Source: an uncultured Gammaproteobacteria bacterium
GTDB lineage: Bacteria > Patescibacteriota > Patescibacteriia > Patescibacteriales > Patescibacteriaceae
NCBI GenBank assembly: GCA_964401905.1
Contig: CAYOAH010000001.1
Span: forward strand, 45,162 to 109,161
Reading direction: 5' to 3'
DNA length: 64,000 bases
Positions 55,571-64,000 of the stretch are shown here, piece by piece; positions within the stretch are counted from its first letter, which is position 1; every line of letters begins with the position of its first letter. The notes under the pieces are model-generated. The model saw nothing but the letters and a program-made list of their open reading frames with translations. It did not search any database and was not told where the DNA came from. A program made the position numbers and the translations under genes.

Positions 55571-55903
55571 CTAGGCTATCTTAGCCAAAATATCCTGGCG
55601 TAAACTATCTTGCTGGCGCATACCGACAAAATCGGCAATCTCTTGACCAGCCTTAAATAATTTCAAATTAGGTATTCCTTGAATACCATATTGAGCGGCT
55701 AGCGGCTGATTGATTGGATCATCAACATTAACCTTGGTGACCTTGACCTTTCCAGCCAATTCCGCTGCCAAGCTGTCCAAGACCGGCGCCATCATTCGGC
55801 ATGGCCCGCACCACGGCGCCCAAAAATCAACTAAGACTGGCAGCTCGCTCTGCAAAACCTCGGCGGCAAAATTGCCCGGGTTCAATTCTAAAACCTGTGA
55901 CAT
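55571..55903 (-). CDS. trxA: Thioredoxin
   Basis: WAPWCGPC active site. 110 aa. Confidence 0.92.
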   Translation of the reverse strand: MSQVLELNPGNFAAEVLQSELPVLVDFWAPWCGPCRMMAPVLDSLAAELAGKVKVTKVNVDDPINQPLAAQYGIQGIPNLKLFKAGQEIADFVGMRQQDSLRQDILAKIA

Positions 55904-55945
55904 AAGCTATCTTTAACTTTATTAGCAAAACTAAAAACCAATAAT

Positions 55946-56206
55946 TTATTTGCGCAAGGCCTGGCTAAAAATCTTTTTGACCTCGGGCTTGCTCTTGGTT
56001 GTTTTTAAGCAACGATCCAGCTGCTCTTCCAAAATCTTTTCTAAAACAGCATCCAGCCCGGCTTTAGTCGCCTTAATCTGGGTAATTAACGCCGAACAGT
56101 CATAACGGCCCTTAGCTAATGTTTTCTTCAAGCCATTTAACTGACCGATAATAATATTCAAGCGCTGTTCCGGCGTTCTAGCGCCAGCAAAAAAATTGGT
56201 AGCCAT
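55946..56206 (-). CDS. CsoR/RcnR/FrmR-family (DUF156) transcriptional repressor, C-Q-C fingerprint
   Basis: RLNIIIGQLNGLKKTL helix and an 86-aa size typical of the family. Cys37, Gln62 and Cys66 occupy the positions of the Cys/His/Cys ligands of CsoR. Confidence 0.78.
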   Translation of the reverse strand: MATNFFAGARTPEQRLNIIIGQLNGLKKTLAKGRYDCSALITQIKATKAGLDAVLEKILEEQLDRCLKTTKSKPEVKKIFSQALRK

Positions 56207-56236
56207 AATAATTATTTAAGTTTTAAAAGCTCACTG

Positions 56237-58255
56237 CTATTTTACACTATACCCCTCTGGGGTGTCAAGAGAGCTGAAATACCACTGCCAAAAATCTTTG
56301 GCAATCGGCACCGCGGCATCAGTGCTTTCGCCGCCCTCTTCCACTAAAATAGTCAAAACTATTTTCGGCTGGTCAAACGGCGCAAAGCCGGTAAACCAAG
56401 AGTGAGTTGCTTTACTGCTATCAAACTGGGCCGTGCCAGTCTTGCCGGCCGCCGATACTGGCAAACTCTGCAAACTGCGCGCGCTGCCGGCCAACACCGT
56501 CTGACGCATGGCCTGACGAACAATCTGCAAATTATCTGCACTAACCATATTTTGGCCAATAATCTTCGGCTCCATGGTTTGATAGACCGACTCATCACTA
56601 TTAAGAATTTCTTTAACCAATCTTGGCTGATAAATCCGTCCGCCATTGGCAAAAGCCGTAGTATAATTAGCCACCTGTAATGGCGTTACCAATAAATATC
56701 CTTGGCCGATAGCTAAATGGTAGGTGTCGCCGATATACCATGGCTCGCCAGTCTTTTCTTGTTTCCAGGCCGCCGTCGGAATGAAGCCGCTGGCTTCGCC
56801 GGCCAAATCAATGCCAGTAGTTTTGCCAAGGCCAAACAATTTCAAGTATTTAGCTATTTTTTCCAATCCCAAGCCATTGAATTGCTCATAACCGCCACCA
56901 ATATAATAAAAAAAAGTGTTAACCGATTCCGCAATCGCCTTAGACACATCTGTCCAGCCATGACCGCCGCCCTTCCAATCGGGAAAAAACCACCGGCTAA
57001 TTCGTAGTCCGCCAGTGCTCATAAAGCCCGTAGTGGCGGTAATCACTTTTTCTTGCAGAGCAGCCGCCGCCATAACAATCTTAACCGTTGACCCCGATGG
57101 ATACTCACCGCTGACTGCCCGATTAAACATTGGTTTGGCTGGATCATTAATCAGCTTCTGGTAAGTTGCCTGGTCAATGCCATTAGCAAAGCTATTATTG
57201 TCAAAACTTGGCTGGTTAACCAGCGCCAGTATCGCCCCATTATTCGGGTCCATGGCAATCGCTACCGCTTGGCGGCTATTTACCCGCTGCAGATGCTGGC
57301 GAACCACTTCTTCCAATTTAGCCTGCAAGCGACCATCAATATTTAAAACCAAATGACGGCCATCCAAGGGGTTCTGCTGAGCGATTTTTTTCTTTTCATT
57401 ACCGACAGCATCAACTTCAATCTGCTTGCTGCCGCTCAGGCCGCGTAAATCTTTTTCATAATAAGCTTCCAGGCCAACTTTGCCGATATAATCAATTGGC
57501 AAATAATTATCAGCCTTATTCTTGGTTAATTCTTGCTCATTAATTTTACCAATATAGCCGATAACTAAACTCAAACTATCCAAGTTAAACGGCTGACTAG
57601 AGGTGCTAAGGAATGAGCTGATCGGTAAATAGTGACGCTTATTGCGATTAGTTAAAACAACCCCCGGCAGTTGGTGCGCCTGCACGGTCAGCTGGATTGC
57701 TTGGTCATAGGTCAAATTATCACTAACAAAAATCGGCTGGTAAAAATTCAACGATCGCGGTTGAATTTTCGCCAGGTCATCCTCTAATTTTAAACTAACC
57801 TCTTCACCCAACACTTCCGCGAGGCGAGCCAAGACCGCCTGCCGGTCTACCGGCTTGCTGGGCAAATTACTGGGCGTTACATAAACTAAAAAATTGGCCA
57901 CATTTTGAACTAACGGCTGTCGTTGACTGTCATAAATAATTCCCCGTTTGGCCTCCAAGCGTTCCAAACGCAAACGATTACCCTCAGCCAAATTGTAATA
58001 ATAATCGCCGCGATAAAGCTGCAGCCATATCAAGCGAAACAAAAGTAATAATAACGCTACCAAGCAAATTCTGGAGAAGATATAGCCACGAGTATTGGAA
58101 AAATTATGACTAATGGTTTCACTATTGTCGGTTTGGCTTAAAAAAACCTCCTCAGTCCAGCGATGGTTGGCCGAAGATAGCCGTAAAATCTTCCGGCGAT
58201 GGCTGCCCGTCCCCAAATCATCGGAAAATGGATTGTTGGCATTATCTCGAGCCAT
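56237..58255 (-). CDS. mrdA: Penicillin-binding protein 2 (elongasome transpeptidase)
   Basis: TM anchor. SGSTVK (SxxK), SVN and KTGTAQ motifs. Follows mreBCD. Confidence 0.85.
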   Translation of the reverse strand: MARDNANNPFSDDLGTGSHRRKILRLSSANHRWTEEVFLSQTDNSETISHNFSNTRGYIFSRICLVALLLLLFRLIWLQLYRGDYYYNLAEGNRLRLERLEAKRGIIYDSQRQPLVQNVANFLVYVTPSNLPSKPVDRQAVLARLAEVLGEEVSLKLEDDLAKIQPRSLNFYQPIFVSDNLTYDQAIQLTVQAHQLPGVVLTNRNKRHYLPISSFLSTSSQPFNLDSLSLVIGYIGKINEQELTKNKADNYLPIDYIGKVGLEAYYEKDLRGLSGSKQIEVDAVGNEKKKIAQQNPLDGRHLVLNIDGRLQAKLEEVVRQHLQRVNSRQAVAIAMDPNNGAILALVNQPSFDNNSFANGIDQATYQKLINDPAKPMFNRAVSGEYPSGSTVKIVMAAAALQEKVITATTGFMSTGGLRISRWFFPDWKGGGHGWTDVSKAIAESVNTFFYYIGGGYEQFNGLGLEKIAKYLKLFGLGKTTGIDLAGEASGFIPTAAWKQEKTGEPWYIGDTYHLAIGQGYLLVTPLQVANYTTAFANGGRIYQPRLVKEILNSDESVYQTMEPKIIGQNMVSADNLQIVRQAMRQTVLAGSARSLQSLPVSAAGKTGTAQFDSSKATHSWFTGFAPFDQPKIVLTILVEEGGESTDAAVPIAKDFWQWYFSSLDTPEGYSVK

Positions 58256-58258
58256 AAA

Positions 58259-58786
58259 TTAACGTCGTTTGAATAAGAACAACGGATTCAACCGCCGGTC
58301 TAACCAATAAATTAAATAATGGATAATTATCATCAATAACCAGTTGGCTAAAATCTGTCCACCCAGATCAAGCCACCAATTATTAACCGGCCAGTGGCGA
58401 CTGATAATTATTCGTCCAAACCATTGAAAAATTGTGGCAATAACCACTAGCCCGGAAAAAGCCGTTAACGACTTGTTAGTAAAAAAATTGATCAGCAATA
58501 GATTGACCAATCCCATAGTCAGTATCCAGAGCATGGTTTGACTGCCAAACGGATAAAAAGCTAGGCAATCTAAAAATAGGCCTAAAAATATTATCCACCA
58601 ATTAATTCGCCGCCAGCCGCTCAAAGCTAGCCAATTGATTAAAATCACCAACAATAAATTCGGCCGCAACCAAACTATTGGCAACTGATCAATCCATGAC
58701 AACTGGATAAAAGCCACTAGCAATAACCACAGGGCATTGAACAATTGCAGCCAGCCCATAGATTTAAGGAATAATGACACTAACAA
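58259..58786 (-). CDS. mreD: Rod shape-determining protein MreD
   Basis: Polytopic 175-aa membrane protein between mreC and mrdA. Confidence 0.65.
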   Translation of the reverse strand: MLVSLFLKSMGWLQLFNALWLLLVAFIQLSWIDQLPIVWLRPNLLLVILINWLALSGWRRINWWIIFLGLFLDCLAFYPFGSQTMLWILTMGLVNLLLINFFTNKSLTAFSGLVVIATIFQWFGRIIISRHWPVNNWWLDLGGQILANWLLMIIIHYLIYWLDRRLNPLFLFKRR

Positions 58787-59582
58787 AATTCAACTGATTG
58801 GCATCAGTTAACGGTTCTAATCCGGCATCCTGCCATAAAGCATTGTTTTCTTTATTAACTTGGCTAATGCGGCCAATTAGTAAATTGGGCGGCACAGCCG
58901 GCTCTAGCCCTGAGGTGACAATTTCTTGGCCAACTTGCAACGGCTCATTCTGAGCAACCATTTCCAGCCTGATAGTCAATCCCATCTCGCCGCGGACAAC
59001 ACCGATGGTTTGACTGCTGCTCGCTGTCGCTGCCGCTAAAAGACAGTTTTTGTTGGTGACCAACAAAACTTCAGCTGAATAATCCTTGACTTGGCCAATT
59101 TTACCGACGATGGCTCCCTGTTGATCAATAACAGCCAAGTCAGTCGCTATTCCCTGTCGGGCTCCCTGATCAATAATTAAAGTCTGGCTTGGCGCTAATA
59201 ATCCGCCAGATTGGCCGCGATAAACAATATTAGCTGTTACTAATTTGAATTCCCGAGCTTTTTGAAAATTCAAAAGTTGACGTAACTCTTTATTTTCTTC
59301 AGTTAAACTGGCTAAACTAATAGTTTGCGCCGTCAGCCGGCTATTCTGATTCTTAGCTTCTGACAATTCTGTTTGGCAGGCCCGTCGTTCTCGCCAATTA
59401 TTCAGCCAGCTGGACAATGATTGATTCCGCGATGAGAGTGTCCTAATAGCTGGTTGAACCGCTCGGCTAACCATATTTTCTATTCCGGTCAAAAAGCCGA
59501 CAAAATGAGCTAAAATTAATATAACCAATAATAACCATGGCCAGGCTGACGACTTCTTACCAGGCAAGCGAACCATAGTCAT
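58764..59582 (-). CDS. mreC: Rod shape-determining protein MreC
   Basis: TM segment, coiled coil (LTEENKELRQLL) and a beta-rich C-terminus. Positioned after mreB. Confidence 0.85.
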   Translation of the reverse strand: MTMVRLPGKKSSAWPWLLLVILILAHFVGFLTGIENMVSRAVQPAIRTLSSRNQSLSSWLNNWRERRACQTELSEAKNQNSRLTAQTISLASLTEENKELRQLLNFQKAREFKLVTANIVYRGQSGGLLAPSQTLIIDQGARQGIATDLAVIDQQGAIVGKIGQVKDYSAEVLLVTNKNCLLAAATASSSQTIGVVRGEMGLTIRLEMVAQNEPLQVGQEIVTSGLEPAVPPNLLIGRISQVNKENNALWQDAGLEPLTDANQLNFVSVIIP

Positions 59583-59585
59583 AAT

Positions 59586-60629
59586 TTATAGGTCAGTTAA
59601 GCTCGGTGCCACCACTTTATCCAATAGATTGGTATCGGTTAACAGATGGGCCGCCCCGCGGACAACGCTGCTGATAGGCTCATCAACAATATGAACGCCA
59701 ATTTTGGTAGCCCGAGCAATTGCTTGATCAAAACCAGCCAATAACGAACTGCCACCAGCCAGCATAATTCCCCGCTCATAAATATCGGCTACTAATTCTG
59801 GCGGGGTGACCTCTAAAGTAGCCTTAATGTTGTCAATGATTTGACTAATCGGCCGAGCAATCGCCTCGCGGATATGTTCATCATTAATAATGATTTCTTT
59901 GGGCAAGCCGTTGATTAAATCGCGGCCGCGAATCGCCATTGTCAGTTGCTCTGGCCGCGGCGTGGCCGAACCGATTTTAATCTTTATTTCCTCAGCTAAT
60001 TGCTCACCGATTAACAAGCTGAACTCCTCGCGGATGTATTGAATTATTTCATTATTAAAAGCATTACCGGCCAGTCTCAGTGTCTTCCAGGCGACGCAAC
60101 CGCCTAGAGCTAAAACCGCGATTTCAGTGGTTCCACCGCCAATGTCAACTAGCATGGTTGCTGTCGCCTCCATGATTGGCAAGCCGGCGCCAATCGCTGA
60201 CAGCATCGGCTCTTCAACTAAGAAAACTTGGCGGGCACCAGCCGATTTGGCGGCATCTTCTACCGCTTTTTTCTCCACTTCGGTAATATCTAACGGAATA
60301 CCAATGACAACGGCCGGCTTGGGAGTTAAGAAAGAGCTGCTCTCCTGAGTTTGATCAATAAAATACTTTAATAATTTCTCGGTTACTTCAAAATCAGAAA
60401 CGACTCCATCCACCAATGGTTTAACAATCTCAATGTGTGATGGATTCTTGCCAATCATCGCCTTAGCAGCACCGCCGACAGCTAGAATTTGATCGGTTTT
60501 CTTGTTAACCGCCACAATGGTCGGCTCGGTCAAAAACAAACCGCTCTGCGGCTCGCTAAGCATGGTCTTGCAGGTGCCAAGATCAATGGCTAAGTTACGA
60601 GTAAGTTTTTGTCGAAATCTTTCAAACAT
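59586..60629 (-). CDS. mreB: Rod shape-determining protein MreB
   Basis: Actin-fold motifs LAIDLGT, VDIGGGTTEIAV and LAGGSSLL. Confidence 0.95.
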   Translation of the reverse strand: MFERFRQKLTRNLAIDLGTCKTMLSEPQSGLFLTEPTIVAVNKKTDQILAVGGAAKAMIGKNPSHIEIVKPLVDGVVSDFEVTEKLLKYFIDQTQESSSFLTPKPAVVIGIPLDITEVEKKAVEDAAKSAGARQVFLVEEPMLSAIGAGLPIMEATATMLVDIGGGTTEIAVLALGGCVAWKTLRLAGNAFNNEIIQYIREEFSLLIGEQLAEEIKIKIGSATPRPEQLTMAIRGRDLINGLPKEIIINDEHIREAIARPISQIIDNIKATLEVTPPELVADIYERGIMLAGGSSLLAGFDQAIARATKIGVHIVDEPISSVVRGAAHLLTDTNLLDKVVAPSLTDL

Positions 60630-60637
60630 GGCTAGCC

Positions 60638-61885
60638 TTAATTACTGCCAAAATAAGCGCTAACTTGATCCAGAGCCACCAATCGGCCAGCGGTATCTTG
60701 CCGGCGCTTAATCTCAAAACTCTTCTGGCTCAAGGTTTTGTCGCTAATGACTAAACGATAAGGACAGCCAATCAAATCGGCATCGGCAAACTTAGTGCCG
60801 GCCGGCAAATGGCGCCGATCATCCCATAATACCTCCATGCCCAATTTGACCAAAAGGTCATATAATTTTTTAGCCTGATCATGCCCGCTGTCGCCAGTTG
60901 TTAGATCAATAAGATGGGCTTTAAACGGCGCGATTTCCTTGGGCCAAATTAGACCTTGATTATCGTGATTAACTTCAACAATCGCCCCCATCAACCGGGT
61001 AATTCCTAATCCGTAGCAACCCATTAGAATTGGCTGCTTGGCGCCATCAGACCCAGTAACCATAAAATCAAAGGCCTTGCTGAAACGAACACCCAATTTG
61101 AATATATTGCCGATTTCAATCGCTTTGCGCTCTAACAAATCCTTACGGCCGCAATTCGGACAAACCGGCTGCTCGTTGATAATTTCTTTATTAATGGCCA
61201 AGTTGCAATCCTCGCAAATATGAATTGTATCTTCACCCGCCTCAGTTACTGTCTGAAACTCATGAGAATACTGGCAAAAAGCTCCACCCGAGGCAAAGGT
61301 CAAGTAGGTTTGATCCAATAAGCCACAGCGCTTAAAAACCTGAAAATAGGCTTTCTGAGCTTGCAAATAATAAGCATTGAGATCATCTTGATCCAAGTGA
61401 AAAGAATACAAATCTTTCATTAAGAATTCACGGCCGCGCAATAACCCTGATTTAGCCCGCAATTCATTACGGAACTTAGTCTGTATCTGATAAACCCCCA
61501 AAGGCAAGTCGCGATAAGACTGAACAAATTTTTTGACTAGCGGAGTAACCAATTCCTCGTGGGTTGGAGCCAGAACATAAGGTTTTTTATCAGCACCAAC
61601 AGTCTTAAATAAGACATCAAAACTCGCCAAGCGGCCGGTCTGTTTCCATGGTTCTTCAGTCGTTAAACTGGGCATTAATACTTCTTGGGCCCCCAGAGAA
61701 GCCATTTCCTGACGAACAATCGCCTGGATTTTCTGAATTACTCGAAGACCCAGCGGCAAATACGTATAAACACCAGCCGAACTTTTATCAATAAAACCAG
61801 CCCGCATCAATGTTTGAGCATTGAAGCTAGCCTCGTCTTTAGGCAATTCCTTAAGACTATGGGTAAAAAGTTGGCTTTGGCGCAT
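60638..61885 (-). CDS. proS: Prolyl-tRNA synthetase, short form lacking the INS editing domain
   Basis: MRQSQLFTHSLKELP... bacterial ProRS N-terminus, motif 2 (FRNELRAKSGLLRGREF) and motif 3 (GCYGLGITRLMGA). Only 415 aa. A CxxC...CxxC insert lies at 61149-61222. Confidence 0.88.
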   Translation of the reverse strand: MRQSQLFTHSLKELPKDEASFNAQTLMRAGFIDKSSAGVYTYLPLGLRVIQKIQAIVRQEMASLGAQEVLMPSLTTEEPWKQTGRLASFDVLFKTVGADKKPYVLAPTHEELVTPLVKKFVQSYRDLPLGVYQIQTKFRNELRAKSGLLRGREFLMKDLYSFHLDQDDLNAYYLQAQKAYFQVFKRCGLLDQTYLTFASGGAFCQYSHEFQTVTEAGEDTIHICEDCNLAINKEIINEQPVCPNCGRKDLLERKAIEIGNIFKLGVRFSKAFDFMVTGSDGAKQPILMGCYGLGITRLMGAIVEVNHDNQGLIWPKEIAPFKAHLIDLTTGDSGHDQAKKLYDLLVKLGMEVLWDDRRHLPAGTKFADADLIGCPYRLVISDKTLSQKSFEIKRRQDTAGRLVALDQVSAYFGSN

Positions 61886-61939
61886 AGGATATTAAGAATT
61901 ATTAATGATTGCTAACGATTTAATTAACGATTAATTATT

Positions 61940-62854
61940 TCACTTATTTCTGCGATTACTCCAGTTGTTCCACACCACCAACAACGGAGAAGCAACAAAA
62001 ACTGAGCTATAGGTACCAAAGAAGACACCGACTAACAACGCTAAGGCGAAGTCGCGGATTGAAGCTCCACCAAACAAAACAATGGCTACTAAGGTTAACA
62101 TTACAGTCACCGAGGTATAGATGGAGCGAGCCAAAGTCTGATTTAAGCTCAGATTAACCGTCTCGGCAAAGCTCTGCCGAGTGCGGAATAAGTTTTCTCT
62201 AGTCCGATCAAAAACCACAATCGTATCATTGATACTATAGCCCAAAATGGTCAACACGGCGGCAACCGATGTTATGTCCACTTGATAGCCATAATAACGC
62301 CCCAGTAAAGCCATGAAGCCAATCATGATTATAACATCATGAAAAAGGGCTACCACACCGCAGACGCCATATTTCCAGGAGCTAACCGGTTGGGAAACCT
62401 TGCGGAAAGCCCAAGCAACATAAGCAATAATCGCCAACAATACCAAAACGATGGCCGTTAGCGCTCGACTACGTAAATCGCGACCAACTGATGGCCCTAC
62501 TGAATCATAGCGCAATTCCTCAAAAGCTACCCGGCCATCAACTTTCGGTGACAATTCGCCTAACTTGCCCAATATTTCTTGGTGCTTGGCCTCGTCAACT
62601 TCTTGGAAGCGTAATTTAACTTCATTGTCACCAACTGGCTGAACAATTAAATTATTTAATCCTAGCGGACTGAGACTATCCTTAATCTTATCAGTTGTCG
62701 GCCGATCTTGAGCATAACGAGCCTCCAAGACGCTGCCGCCGGTAAAATCAATACCGAAACGTAAACCCCAAACCGTGATCGCCGTGATTGCCAAGGCAAC
62801 CATGATGGCGGAAAAAGTTAACCAATATTTTCTTTTCGCAATAATCTGATACAT
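61940..62854 (-). CDS. secF: Protein translocase subunit SecF
   Basis: FGIDFTGGSV motif and SecF TM layout. ATG 62854 is preferred over the TTG at 62872. Confidence 0.9.
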   Translation of the reverse strand: MYQIIAKRKYWLTFSAIMVALAITAITVWGLRFGIDFTGGSVLEARYAQDRPTTDKIKDSLSPLGLNNLIVQPVGDNEVKLRFQEVDEAKHQEILGKLGELSPKVDGRVAFEELRYDSVGPSVGRDLRSRALTAIVLVLLAIIAYVAWAFRKVSQPVSSWKYGVCGVVALFHDVIIMIGFMALLGRYYGYQVDITSVAAVLTILGYSINDTIVVFDRTRENLFRTRQSFAETVNLSLNQTLARSIYTSVTVMLTLVAIVLFGGASIRDFALALLVGVFFGTYSSVFVASPLLVVWNNWSNRRNK

Positions 62855-62876
62855 ATAGATAAATGCTAGCAATTAA

Positions 62877-64000
62877 TTATTTATCATCACTATTAATTTG
62901 ACGACGACTAACTCCGAATAACCAAGTCTTCTCCACTAAGCTTCTGGTGATGGTTAAGCGCAGCAAGTTACGGGTGACAACGATAGCGCTAAACATTGAG
63001 ACTAAAACGCCCAGCGCTAGAGTAATAGCAAAACCCTTAATTGATCCAGTTAAAAACTGCGTCAAAATAAAGCAGGTAATCAAAGTAGTGTAGTTACCAT
63101 CACGGATTGACGGCCAAGCGCGAGTAAACCCTTCATTGATAGAGTTGCCTAGCGGCTTACCGGAACGCAGTTCTTCTTTGATGCGCTCAAAAATAAGGAC
63201 ATTAGCATCAACAGCCATACCGATGGACAAGATGAAGCCGGCGATACCTGACAAGGTTAATGTTACCGGCCAAACCTTGAAAATCGCCAGCAGCAATAAG
63301 CCATACAACGAAAGAGCTGCTACCGACAACAGACCAGGCAAGCGATAAAAAATAATCATAAACAAGGCCACCAGAGCTAGACCAATCAAACCGGCCTGCA
63401 AGCTATTGTCTACCGATGATTGACCGAGGCTAGCGCCAATGGTTTGCTGATTAACTAAATTAATCGGCACGGGCAAAGCTCCAGCATTTAAACGCTGCGC
63501 CAATGTCTTGGCTTCAATTTGGCTAAAGCGACCGGAAATAACCGCTTGACCGCCAGTAATCTTCTGGCTAACATTGGGCTGACTAATAATATAGCCATCC
63601 AAGAAAATAGCCACTGGTTTATTAATGTTGCGCCCAGTAATATCTTCAAAAATCTTGCCGCCCTCACTGTCAAAATCTAGAGCCACTTCTGGCGAACCAT
63701 CCTGCGGATTAAACTGGACAGTCGCCCGCTTTAAATATTTGCCAGTCAACTCAGTGGTCTTCCATTCATCAATGTTGCCGAGAATATCGGCCGCCGACCG
63801 AGTTTTAACCAAGATATGGCTCAATTTATAATCAATCACCGCTCGCTCGTCTTGCTTATAAATCAAATGATAACCGAATTGGCTTTCCACGACATCCGAT
63901 ATCTCTCCTTTTTTGAGAGCAAAGGCCGCTTCTTCAAACTTCGGATCCATGGTATCGCGACCAAACCAACCAAGCTCACCGCCACTATCACGAGCTCCTG
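62877..64000 (-). CDS. secD: Protein translocase subunit SecD with an in-frame parvulin (PpiC-type PPIase) segment, 5' partial
   Basis: SecD P1/TM core ([35 protein letters not shown]). The frame stays open upstream of Met 63950 to the window edge. It reads ...[48 protein letters not shown], a parvulin signature. Confidence 0.85.
   Translation of the reverse strand, partial: GARDSGGELGWFGRDTMDPKFEEAAFALKKGEISDVVESQFGYHLIYKQDERAVIDYKLSHILVKTRSAADILGNIDEWKTTELTGKYLKRATVQFNPQDGSPEVALDFDSEGGKIFEDITGRNINKPVAIFLDGYIISQPNVSQKITGGQAVISGRFSQIEAKTLAQRLNAGALPVPINLVNQQTIGASLGQSSVDNSLQAGLIGLALVALFMIIFYRLPGLLSVAALSLYGLLLLAIFKVWPVTLTLSGIAGFILSIGMAVDANVLIFERIKEELRSGKPLGNSINEGFTRAWPSIRDGNYTTLITCFILTQFLTGSIKGFAITLALGVLVSMFSAIVVTRNLLRLTITRSLVEKTWLFGVSRRQINSDDK

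Noticed and set aside
362-63831. Dozens of 60-145-aa ORFs in the six-frame track that lie antisense to, or out of frame within, the genes called above. Examples are 3652..3849, 12666..12995, 13555..13992, 21080..21424, 27899..28246, 29357..29728, 37902..38288 and 39289..39684.
   Set aside because: Each is fully embedded in a longer ORF with clear family motifs. Their translations are low-complexity (Ser/Leu/Arg/Pro-rich), as expected for shadow frames. None has a plausible Shine-Dalgarno or promoter.
1-64000. A search by eye for CRISPR arrays, IS elements, transposases, integrases, prophage genes, rRNA operons and flanking direct repeats around the AT-rich islet.
   Set aside because: None was found. 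The islet's left boundary is outside the window, so its mobility cannot be judged from this sequence.

Overview
The window is a tightly packed bacterial chromosome segment, about 45-50% GC by eye, with most genes on the minus strand. It is mostly housekeeping. It carries gatB, a pyrimidine deoxynucleotide trio, the tRNA-Glu-secE-nusG-rplK-rplA cluster, fmt-def and clpB with a CIRCE-like operator. It also carries a DNA-alkylation repair pair, gltX, serS-lysS, pyrG and greA. Cell-envelope genes include a dcw block (mraZ-rsmH-ftsL-ftsI-murF), trxA-trxB with a CsoR-family regulator, mreBCD-mrdA, proS and secDF. The reduced, atypical domain architectures, the many secreted hypothetical proteins and a lone type IV pilin suggest a Patescibacteria/CPR-like organism. 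That assignment is inference only. There are three accessory parts. (1) Positions 1 to about 2650 are a sharply AT-rich islet. It encodes a GmrSD-like DUF262/DUF1524 nuclease translationally coupled to a DpnII-family endonuclease, with no methyltransferase in view. An orphan HTH-Panacea (DUF4065) antitoxin-type gene follows it. This is my best candidate for an undescribed defence arrangement, but it is truncated by the window edge. (2) Positions 38.9-54.5 kb are a surface-glycan locus. It has four GT4 glycosyltransferases, a Wzy/O-antigen-ligase-like protein, a Wzz-like protein and two paralogous glycoside-hydrolase-like proteins. Several secreted proteins sit among them, including a LysM protein with a porin-like C-terminal half. 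(3) An orphan 220-aa gene with its own promoter lies between lysS and pyrG. Unusual architectures in core genes include a parvulin PPIase motif in frame with SecD and a membrane-anchored zinc-finger Clp ATPase with a degenerate first AAA module. ProRS has a Cys4 mini-insert instead of the editing domain, the MGMT-like protein has PCQRV, and the CsoR-family protein has a C-Q-C fingerprint. I found no rRNA, CRISPR array, transposase, integrase or reverse transcriptase. All calls come from reading the sequence and ORF translations. No searches were run.
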